64,000 nucleotides of DNA from Spirochaetia bacterium (lineage in GTDB: Bacteria; Spirochaetota; Spirochaetia; SZUA-6; Bin103), in assembly GCA_965199955.1 (NCBI GenBank), contig CBDATQ010000001.1, positions 1 through 64,000 of the forward strand. Reading direction: 5' to 3'. The position numbers and the translations under genes are program-made. Positions 56,647 to 64,000 of the stretch are shown piece by piece (the stretch's first letter is position 1; each line of letters begins with the position of its first letter). The notes beneath the pieces were generated by a model. That model saw only the letters and a program-made list of their open reading frames with translations, was not told where the DNA came from and did no database searches.

Positions 56647-57741
56647 TCAGGACGCGGCGTCGCCGAACAGGCCGAGCTGCACGTTCCGCTCGACCCGGAG
56701 GCCGCGGAGCGACCGGTCGGCGAAGTCCAGCAGCGCATCGTAGTCGGCCGCGGAGTGGTCGTGGCCGCCAGGGCGGAACGCCCAGCCGATGGCGTCCGCC
56801 GCCCCGAGCATGCGGTAGACCCGTTCGGTGGTGCGCAGGGCTGCGTAGGACCCGGAGGGATTGGCCCACGGGTCGCCGAACGCCTCGGTGACCAGCAGCG
56901 CGCGCGGCGCGACCAGCGCGTGCAGAAAGTGCTGGTCGTACGGCAACTCCGCGTCGCGGCCGGCGTAGTCGGCGAAGCCCTTTCCGAACCAGAAGATGTT
57001 GCGGCTCCTCAGGAAGTCCTCGATCACCTCCGCGCCATCGCCCTTCATCCGGTTCGGACCGGAGCCGCCGGCCCCCGAGCAGTTGGGGTTGGTGAGCGCG
57101 ATCCGCTCGTCGGTGGCGCCGGCCAGCAGCGCGCTCTTGCCGCCGCGGGAGTGCCCGGTGACGGCGATCCGATCGGCGGCCGCCGAGTCGATCCGGCCCA
57201 GCGCGTCCACGCATCGGTGGAAGCCCCATGCCCGGGCGGCCAGGGCGCCGCACTCGGCGCCCGGCATCAGGCGGTACAGGCCGGTCTCCCGGTACCGGTC
57301 GGGATTGTCGGCAGCCAGGCCAGTCCGGTCGAACGAGGCCGCGATGTAGCCGCGCTCCAGCACGGCGCGGACCACGTCGTCGTTGAAGTAGCGCCAGCAG
57401 CCGTCGCCGTCCAGGACGACCGGAAACGGCCCTTCGCCCGGCGGGATCCACAGGCTCAGCGAAAAGCGGATCTCGCCGCCCGCGACGTTCACCCGGATCT
57501 CGTACGTGTGATACGCGACCACCCGCTCCGGCGCGATCAGGTTGGCCGAGCGCCGGATCACCTCCACGCCGTCCGGCGCCGGCGGCATGCCGCCATACTC
57601 GTGCGGGATGATCGCGCGGGCCAGCTCGCCGCGGCGGCGTGGCCACGACGACGCATCGGCCTGCGTGCCGTCCTCGAACCGGAGCGGATCGGGCGCCAGG
57701 GTCGCCGCTACAGAGTCGAGCTCACTCATGGAACGGTTCAT
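56647..57741 (-). CDS. CE15 glucuronoyl-esterase-like alpha/beta hydrolase
   Basis: AWG..R..D, TGHSRGGK, SGAGG, LPYDQH.L.ALVAPR, GGH. Start 57741 or 57729. Confidence 0.82.
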   Translation of the reverse strand: MNRSMSELDSVAATLAPDPLRFEDGTQADASSWPRRRGELARAIIPHEYGGMPPAPDGVEVIRRSANLIAPERVVAYHTYEIRVNVAGGEIRFSLSLWIPPGEGPFPVVLDGDGCWRYFNDDVVRAVLERGYIAASFDRTGLAADNPDRYRETGLYRLMPGAECGALAARAWGFHRCVDALGRIDSAAADRIAVTGHSRGGKSALLAGATDERIALTNPNCSGAGGSGPNRMKGDGAEVIEDFLRSRNIFWFGKGFADYAGRDAELPYDQHFLHALVAPRALLVTEAFGDPWANPSGSYAALRTTERVYRMLGAADAIGWAFRPGGHDHSAADYDALLDFADRSLRGLRVERNVQLGLFGDAAS

Positions 57742-57769
57742 GCAGGCTACTATGAGCGGAGGTGGGACG

Positions 57770-57805
57770 ATGAGGGACCACTACGACTTCTCGAAGGGAA
57801 GGCGC
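57770..57805 (+). pseudogene. N-terminal remnant of BrnA-like antitoxin
   Basis: TACTAT, then GGAGGT RBS, then MRDHYDFSKGRR (M..eYDFSkg.R motif); similarity ends there. Confidence 0.6.
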
Positions 57806-57814
57806 TGCACGCCC

Positions 57815-58156
57815 ATGGCCGGGCCGTCGTGGCCGTGCCGATGACGCCCCAGTAGAGGCTCTCCACGTCGGAGTGGCGGTACTGTTCCACCAGCTCCCGG
57901 ATGTCCTGCCGGTCTCGCGGTCCGAGAGCGGCTCGCAGTCGCCCCACACGCCGATCGTCACCCGGTGCCACCCCTGCAGGTTCAGCGGCAGCGTGAGGTT
58001 CGGCGTGTCGCCCGCGTCCGCTGCGTAGAGCAGCCTGCCTTCGAGGTCGCCGCTGGTGTAGTCGCAGACGCGCCAGTAGCCGGGGCGCGCATGCGGGGAG
58101 ATGGCGCCGGCAGGGGACGCCTTGCTGAAGTCGCTGAACACCACGGCCTGGCCCAT
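57815..58156 (-). pseudogene. Truncated and internally deleted larger gene, possibly glycoside-hydrolase-like
   Basis: MGQAVVFSDF...PNLTLPLNLQGWHRVTIGVW, then a frame change to RQDIRELVEQYRHSDVESLYWGV, ending against the BrnA remnant. Confidence 0.45.
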
Positions 58157-58206
58157 AGCGGGCTACGCTGGGCGAGCCCGTAGGCGCTGTCAAACTCCTC
58201 GGCGGG

Positions 58207-59322
58207 TCAGGCGAGCTCGGCCAGCACCTGCAGGCAGCGCTCGGCGACGATCTGTTCCTGGCCCGGCTTCAGCATGTGCGGGTTGACGACCAGGGCGTCG
58301 ATGAAGTGCTGGGCCAGCACGATGCGCGGGTCGCCGTCGATCAGCGCCTGGAAGAGATCGCCGGTGGTGAAGCCGGCGTCCGGCAGCGTGCGGACCGCCA
58401 GCATGGGCACGGTGTAGGTGTCCGCCTTCTCGAACCGCTCCAGCGCGACCGGGTGGCCGGCGCCGGCGAGCGCCCGCTCGACGTGGCCGATCTGCGCCGT
58501 CCAGCGGGCGCGGTCGGCGTCGTGGTCGCGCGCCAGGTAGCGCTCCAGGGCCTTCAGGAAGCCGATGATCTCCTCGCGGCTGACCTTGGCCGGCCGGCCG
58601 ACGGTCGCGAACGGGTTGCCGTTGGCCATGCAGGCGTCGATCAGGTCCTGCCGGCCGACCACCAGCCCGGTCGACTGCGGCCCCATGATGCTCTTGCCGC
58701 CGCTGAAGATGGTAAGATCGGCGCCGGCCTTCCAGAACCGGGTCAGGGTCGACAGCGGCGGGCACTCGGAGGCGGCATCGACGATCAGCGGCACGCCGGC
58801 CCCGCGCGCGATGCCCACCAGGTCCGCGAGCGGGACCGACGCGGGGTCGCCCAGCCGGTGGGCCATGCACAGGATCGCCGCCGTGTCCGGGCCGACGGCC
58901 TCACGCAGCGCATCGGTGGGCGGCTCGCCCCCGTCCGGGACCTCCACGAAGGTGGCGCCGGCCAGCCGCAGCGCCTGGTCGTAGGCCAGGCGGTGGATCT
59001 GCTGGACGACCACCTCCGACTTCATGCCGGTGGTGTCGGGAAGCTGCGTGATCCGCTCGGGATCGGTCCCGGCGATGCAGGCCGCCGCCGTCACCAGCAG
59101 CCCGGCCGCGGCGCTGGAGGTCACGTACGCCGCCTCCACGTCCAGCAGGCCGGCGATGCGACGCCCGACCGCGGGGTGCAGGTCCTCCAGCCGGCAGAAC
59201 TCGCGGTTGGCTGCGCTCATGACCTCAAATATCTCAGGGTCCATCACCGAACCGCCGTAGTTGGTCACGGTGCCGGCGGCGTTGATCAGCGGGCGCACGC
59301 CCAGTTCCTCGTAGATTCCCAT
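58207..59322 (-). CDS. SelA-like/DgaE-family PLP-dependent enzyme
   Basis: LGVRPLINAAGT.T.YGGS, VTSSAAAGL, VDAA, FSGGK..GPQ.TG, RPAKV. Confidence 0.85.
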   Translation of the reverse strand: MGIYEELGVRPLINAAGTVTNYGGSVMDPEIFEVMSAANREFCRLEDLHPAVGRRIAGLLDVEAAYVTSSAAAGLLVTAAACIAGTDPERITQLPDTTGMKSEVVVQQIHRLAYDQALRLAGATFVEVPDGGEPPTDALREAVGPDTAAILCMAHRLGDPASVPLADLVGIARGAGVPLIVDAASECPPLSTLTRFWKAGADLTIFSGGKSIMGPQSTGLVVGRQDLIDACMANGNPFATVGRPAKVSREEIIGFLKALERYLARDHDADRARWTAQIGHVERALAGAGHPVALERFEKADTYTVPMLAVRTLPDAGFTTGDLFQALIDGDPRIVLAQHFIDALVVNPHMLKPGQEQIVAERCLQVLAELA

Positions 59323-59452
59323 TCGTTCCTCTCTCGCTCAGTGCGGGTCCGGCATCCTATAGCATGATCGCGCGTCGACGATGGTTCGGATGCGGGGGAC
59401 ACCGGCCCTCACCTCGTTTGCTTCGGCGGCGGCGTCGATCTACCATCGGCGG

Positions 59453-60271
59453 GTGGACCGCGCTCAACTCCCGTTCATGATCCAGCTTCTCGATGACGAG
59501 ACGCCGGCGGTCCAGCAGCGCGTGATGGAGGCGCTGGCCGACTTCGGCGACGAGCTGGACGCCGAGATCGAGCGGCAGGGAATCGAGGTCGACGACGCGC
59601 GCCGCGAGCTGCTCGACGAAGTCCACGCCATCCAGCGGCGCGAGCGGTTGCTGGAGCGCTGGCAGGAGTGCCTGGCCGTCCCGAACGAGAAGGTGAAGCT
59701 GGAGACCGCGCTCGGGCTGATCGCGGAGTACGAGCTGGGCGACGGATCCGCCGCCCGGCTCACCGACCTGCTGGACGGGCTGGCCGACGACTACCGCAGC
59801 GCCCACGGCAGCACCGACGTGTTCACGCTGGCCCACTACCTGTTCCGGACCAGGGGGCTGACCGGCTGCGGCAAGAAGGACTACTTCACGCCGGCGGCGA
59901 GCAACCTGGTGTCGGTGATCACCCGCGGCCGCGGGCTGCCGATCAGCCTGTCGTGCATCTACCTGCTGGTCGGATCCCGGCTCGGCCTGGACATCGAAGG
60001 CTGCAACGTGCCGAACCACTTCCTGGCCCGCGCCGTGGCCGGCGACCGGCTGATCCTGGTCGACTGCTTCAACGGCGGGGCGACCCTGGACGTCGCGCAA
60101 CTCATTCCCAAGGGACACGACGCGACCGCGCAGCTCGCCCGCATCCGCCGCGGCACCCCGGCGGCCACGATCATGCTGCGCGTGGCCGCCAACCTGGCGG
60201 TCGCGCACGCGCGCGCGGGTAACGAGTCCGACGCGCGCTTCTTCTCCGAGCTGCGCGACCAGACCGCCTGA
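59453..60271 (+). CDS. SirB1 / transglutaminase-like domain protein
   Basis: DYF..ASNL..VI..GRGLPISLS.IY..VG.RLGL, NVPNHFL, VDCFNGG; TACCAT 6 nt before GTG. Confidence 0.85.
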   Translation: MDRAQLPFMIQLLDDETPAVQQRVMEALADFGDELDAEIERQGIEVDDARRELLDEVHAIQRRERLLERWQECLAVPNEKVKLETALGLIAEYELGDGSAARLTDLLDGLADDYRSAHGSTDVFTLAHYLFRTRGLTGCGKKDYFTPAASNLVSVITRGRGLPISLSCIYLLVGSRLGLDIEGCNVPNHFLARAVAGDRLILVDCFNGGATLDVAQLIPKGHDATAQLARIRRGTPAATIMLRVAANLAVAHARAGNESDARFFSELRDQTA

Positions 60272-62490
60272 GCGGTCCGCTGAGCGCCAGCGGACCGGCC
60301 CTGCCCGCCGCGTCCGGCGGCGATGGGGAATCGCTGCGCGGCACCGTCCACTCGATCATCTACGTCACCGACGACGGCTCCTTCGCGGTCGTGCGCCTGC
60401 AGTCGGAGGATGACCCCGATGCGCAGCCGGTCGCGGTCGGCCCGCTGGCCGGCGTGCGCCCGGGCGAGCTCCTGCACCTGCGGGGCGCGTGGACCCATCA
60501 CCGCCGCCACGGCCCGCGCTTCGAGGTCACCTCTTTCCACTCCGTGGCTCCGAGCACCGCGGCCGGCATCGAGCGCTTCCTGGCCTCGCGCCTGGTGAAG
60601 GGCGTCGGCCCCGCGCTGGCGAAGCGCATCGTCGGCCGCTTCGGCACCGACGCGCTGGACGTGTTGGACCGCCACGGCGAGCGGCTGACCGAGGTGGCCG
60701 GCATCGGCACCGACCGCCGCGACCGCATCCTGGCCTCCTGGGCCGACCACCGCCAGCTCCGCGACACCATGATCTTCCTGCAGGGGCACGGCATCTCCCC
60801 GGCCTACGCGCTGCGCATCCACCGCCGCTACGGAGCCGGGGCGCGCCGCGCGGTCACCGACAATCCGTACCGACTGGCCGAGGAGGTGGCCGGCATCGGA
60901 TTCCTGATCGCCGACCGCATCGCCGCCTCGCTCGGCGTCGACCGCGACTCCCCGGAGCGGGCCGCCGCCGGCGTGCTGCACGTGCTGGCGACCGGCGCGG
61001 CCCGCGGCCACACGCTGATGCCCGTGGACGCCGTGGCGGAGTCCGGAGCCGAGTTGCTGTCCGTGGACGAGTCGGCGGTGCGCGACGCGGTCCGGGCGCT
61101 GGCGGCCCGCCGCGCGGTGCTGCCGTGCGAAGAGAGCGGCGCCGATGCGATCGCCCTTCCCGACCTGCGGCGCGCCGAGCAGCGCTCCGCCGACCGGTTG
61201 CGGGTTCTTGCCGGACGGCCGCCGAACCCGTTGCGTTACGACGTCGGCCGGCTACTCGATGCCTTCGAACGATCGAGCGGCGTCGAACTGTCGCCCGAAC
61301 AGCGTGACGCCGCGACTCAGGCGGCTCAGGCTTCAGTGCTGGTGGTCACCGGAGGGCCGGGAACCGGCAAGACCACGCTGATCCGGGCGGTGCTCGGGCT
61401 GTACGACGCTGCCGGCGGGCGGGTGCAGCTCGCCGCCCCGACGGGTCGCGCCGCCAAGCGGATCGAGGAACAGGCCGGCCGGCCGGCGTCGACCATCCAC
61501 CGGCTGCTGGAGTACAGCCCGCGCGAAGGGCGTTTCCTGCGCGGCGCCGACGACCCGCTGGACTGCGACGGACTGATCATCGACGAGCTGTCGATGGTGG
61601 ACGTGACGCTGCTGGACGCCGTGCTTCAGGCCACGCCGCCCGAGTGCCGGCTGCTGCTGGTCGGCGACAGCGACCAGCTCCCCTCGGTCGGGCCCGGCGA
61701 CGTGCTGGCTGACCTGATCGCCGCCGGCGTCTGCCCGGTCGCCCGCCTCACCACCGTGTTCCGCCAGGGCGAACGATCGGCCATCGTGATGGCCGCGCAC
61801 GCGATCAACCACGGCGACGTGCCGCGAGGACAGGGCGACGGCGAGGCCGGCGACTACTTCTTCGTCAGCCGCAACGACCGGGAGGCGGCGCGCAACACGA
61901 TCGTGCACCTGGTCACCGAGCGCATGCCGGCGCGCTTCGGACTCGACCCGCGCACGGACATCCAGGTGCTGACGCCGATGAACCGCGGCGAGCTGGGCAC
62001 TGCCGTCCTCAACCGCGAGCTGCAGGCCGCGCTCAACCCGCACGGCGCCGCCATCGAGGGCGCGGCCGACATCCGCGTGGGCGACCGTGTCATGCAGACC
62101 CGCAACGACTACCAGCTCGAGGTGTTCAACGGCGACATCGGCGTGGTGCGCGACCTGGACGCGGAAGACCAGCGCGTGCTGGTGGATTTCTCCACGGGAC
62201 CGGTCTGGTACGAGGCATCGGAGCTGGACTCGCTGGTGCCGGCTTACGCGATCACGATCCACAAGTCGCAAGGCTCGGAATTTCCGGCGGCGGTGATCTC
62301 CATCGCCACCGAGCATTACCCGATGCTGCAGCGCAACCTGCTGTACACGGCGCTGACGCGCGCGCGGCGGCTGGCGGTGGTGGTGGGCAGCCCCCGCGCC
62401 GCGCATATCGCGGTCGGCAACGCGCAGGCGCGCCAGCGCCATACCGGGCTGGTCGAGCTGCTGACGGACGTTTCGCCGGCCGCGCGATGA
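60268..62490 (+). CDS. recD2: ATP-dependent RecD-like helicase RecD2
   Basis: TGGPGTGKTT, APTGRAAKR, IDELSM, VGDSDQLPSVG, AYAITIHKSQGSEF, YTALTR. First canonical start is 60391, but the conserved N-terminus begins near 60330; a CTG start is inferred. Confidence 0.92.
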   Translation: MSGPLSASGPALPAASGGDGESLRGTVHSIIYVTDDGSFAVVRLQSEDDPDAQPVAVGPLAGVRPGELLHLRGAWTHHRRHGPRFEVTSFHSVAPSTAAGIERFLASRLVKGVGPALAKRIVGRFGTDALDVLDRHGERLTEVAGIGTDRRDRILASWADHRQLRDTMIFLQGHGISPAYALRIHRRYGAGARRAVTDNPYRLAEEVAGIGFLIADRIAASLGVDRDSPERAAAGVLHVLATGAARGHTLMPVDAVAESGAELLSVDESAVRDAVRALAARRAVLPCEESGADAIALPDLRRAEQRSADRLRVLAGRPPNPLRYDVGRLLDAFERSSGVELSPEQRDAATQAAQASVLVVTGGPGTGKTTLIRAVLGLYDAAGGRVQLAAPTGRAAKRIEEQAGRPASTIHRLLEYSPREGRFLRGADDPLDCDGLIIDELSMVDVTLLDAVLQATPPECRLLLVGDSDQLPSVGPGDVLADLIAAGVCPVARLTTVFRQGERSAIVMAAHAINHGDVPRGQGDGEAGDYFFVSRNDREAARNTIVHLVTERMPARFGLDPRTDIQVLTPMNRGELGTAVLNRELQAALNPHGAAIEGAADIRVGDRVMQTRNDYQLEVFNGDIGVVRDLDAEDQRVLVDFSTGPVWYEASELDSLVPAYAITIHKSQGSEFPAAVISIATEHYPMLQRNLLYTALTRARRLAVVVGSPRAAHIAVGNAQARQRHTGLVELLTDVSPAAR

Positions 62491-63458
62491 CCGCGCCGGT
62501 TGGCAGTCGCGTCGGCCTCGGCACCTGGGCGATCGGCGGCCCCGGCCGGCGCGGCGGTTGGGGGACACAGGCGGACGCCGACTCGCTGGCCACGATCCAC
62601 GCCGCCCTGGACCGCGGCGTCGACTGGCTGGACACCGCCCCGCTGTACGGCCGGGGCCACGCCGAGGAGCTGATCGGCCGTGCGCTCGCCGAGCGACCCG
62701 GCGACGGCCGCGGCGTGCGCCTGGCCACCAAGTGCGGGTGGCCGTGGGTGGGCCGGCGCGCCCGTCCATTCGCGCGGCTCACGGCCGCCAGCATCCGCGG
62801 CGAGCTGGAGCAGAGCCTGCGGCGTCTGCGTACCGAGCGCATCGACCTCTACCAGATCCACCACCCGCGCCCGCCGGAGCAGCTCGCCGCAGGCTGGCAG
62901 GAGCTGGCCCGCCTGCGCGAGCGCGGCCTGATCGGCGCCTGCGGCGTGTGCAACGCCACCGTGGCCGACCTCGACCGGCTGCTCGCCATCGCTCCGGTGG
63001 AAGCGCTGCAGGTGCCGTACAGCCTGCTGCGGCGCGACGCGGAAGCCAAGCTCCTGCCCTACTGCCGCCGCCACGGCATCGCCGTGCTGGCCGCAAGCCC
63101 GCTGCACAGCGGCATGCTCGCCGACGGCTTCGACCGCGCGCGGGTGGCGCGGCTGCCCGGCGACGACTGGCGGCGCGGGCACCCCGACTTCAACGACCCG
63201 CGGCTCGCCGGCCACCTGCGCGCGGTCGAGCGGTTGCGCGCGGTGGCCGGCGGCCGGCCGCTGGCATGGCTGGCGCTCGCCTGGCTGCTCGCGCAGCCGG
63301 GCGTGCACGCGGCCATCCTGGGCGCGCGCCACCCTCGCCAGGTGGCCGATGCGCTCACCCAGTGGCCGAAGCTGGAAGCGGCCGAAGTCTCCCGCCTCGG
63401 CACCTTGGCGGCGTCTCCCTTGCCGGGACATCCCAAGTCATACGACCATGGCACGTAG
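62487..63458 (+). CDS. Aldo/keto reductase
   Basis: GLGTWAIGG, DTAPLYG, ATKCG, IDLYQIH, YSLL. Confidence 0.9.
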   Translation: MTAPVGSRVGLGTWAIGGPGRRGGWGTQADADSLATIHAALDRGVDWLDTAPLYGRGHAEELIGRALAERPGDGRGVRLATKCGWPWVGRRARPFARLTAASIRGELEQSLRRLRTERIDLYQIHHPRPPEQLAAGWQELARLRERGLIGACGVCNATVADLDRLLAIAPVEALQVPYSLLRRDAEAKLLPYCRRHGIAVLAASPLHSGMLADGFDRARVARLPGDDWRRGHPDFNDPRLAGHLRAVERLRAVAGGRPLAWLALAWLLAQPGVHAAILGARHPRQVADALTQWPKLEAAEVSRLGTLAASPLPGHPKSYDHGT

Positions 63459-63465
63459 GCCCGCG

Positions 63466-63662
63466 ATGAGAACGGTGTCCAAATCCCGGTTCAAGCCTCG
63501 GGCGTTCGAATACTCCGCATGGTCGAGCGGCGCGAGACGCTGGTCATCACCGATCGCGGCACGCCGGTGCTCAAGATCACGCCGATCACCGAAGACGACG
63601 ATGCAGATCTGGTCCGTGCTGCGTTAAGACGACCCCCTGGAGCCCGTCGGCAGAAGCGGTGA
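63466..63662 (+). pseudogene. Degraded Phd/YefM-family antitoxin
   Basis: MRTVSKSRFKPRAFEY, frameshift, RMVERRETLVITDRGTPVLKITP, frameshift, SVLR*DDPLEPVG (premature TAA). Confidence 0.75.
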
Positions 63663-64000
63663 GCGCGCCGACGATCTTCTCGCCGTCGAAGCGCGCGGTC
63701 TCGATGAAGATGCTGCCGGCCCGGTCTCCTGCGCACACCGAGCCGCAGACGAACACCCCGGGCACGTCCGTCTGGCATGTGTCCGGGTCGTAACGCGGCG
63801 TCCGTTCCGGCCCCTCCAGGGTGACGCCGACCCCCTCCAGCAGGCTCAGGTCGGGGCGGTAGCCGATCTGGACGATCACGGCGTCGTTGGCGATCTGCTG
63901 CGAGCGGCCGTCCTGCTGCACCGTGATCGAGTCGTCGTCGATGCGCTCCACCATCGCAGACGGCAGCCAGCCGATCTCGCCGCGTGCGATGCGGTTCTCC
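63586..64000 (-). CDS. C-terminal part of YpdA-like pyridine nucleotide-disulfide reductase
   Basis: ENRI.RGEI, NDAV...IGYRPD, T.VPGVFVCG, IFIETARF; runs off the window edge. Confidence 0.8.
   Translation of the reverse strand, partial: ENRIARGEIGWLPSAMVERIDDDSITVQQDGRSQQIANDAVIVQIGYRPDLSLLEGVGVTLEGPERTPRYDPDTCQTDVPGVFVCGSVCAGDRAGSIFIETARFDGEKIVGALTASADGLQGVVLTQHGPDLHRRLR

Noticed and set aside
58207..59322. True selenocysteine synthase selA
   Set aside because: Shorter SelA-like/DgaE-type architecture, and no selB, selC or selD nearby.

Overview
High-GC bacterial chromosome window; the outer-membrane, SLBB export and LpxO-like genes suggest a diderm host. No rRNA, tRNA or CRISPR array was seen. 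0-7.4 kb is accessory: an IS1634-family element (12-bp TIRs, TTTAGA target duplication, frameshifted transposase) inserted on the stop codon of a papain-like protease, two-component remnants, a membrane-anchored RHH-like protein, and an intact HTH/ImmA-IrrE peptidase + PIN pair. 7.4-24.9 kb is a mosaic surface-polysaccharide locus: a WbpD/E/B/A-like set (2,3-diacetamido-uronic acid), GT4s, Wzx, Wzy/ligase, methyltransferase, epimerase, multi-SLBB exporter and Wzz. It also holds a collapsed ~240-bp relic of a second wzz-SLBB operon. The rest is mostly metabolic: purH-like, gap, an XDH-family Mo subunit, an AKR-GMC-GT1-GT32 cluster beside an MMPL, sucCD, korAB, recD2 and hydrolases. Three patterns stand out. 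(1) A candidate sRNA at 43652-43722 whose terminator loop displays an extended anti-Shine-Dalgarno sequence. (2) About seven degraded toxin-antitoxin remnants of different families in intergenic gaps. (3) Recurrent TANNNT-6/7nt-start (leaderless) architecture and probable CTG starts. All family calls come from motif recognition by eye; no database search was run.
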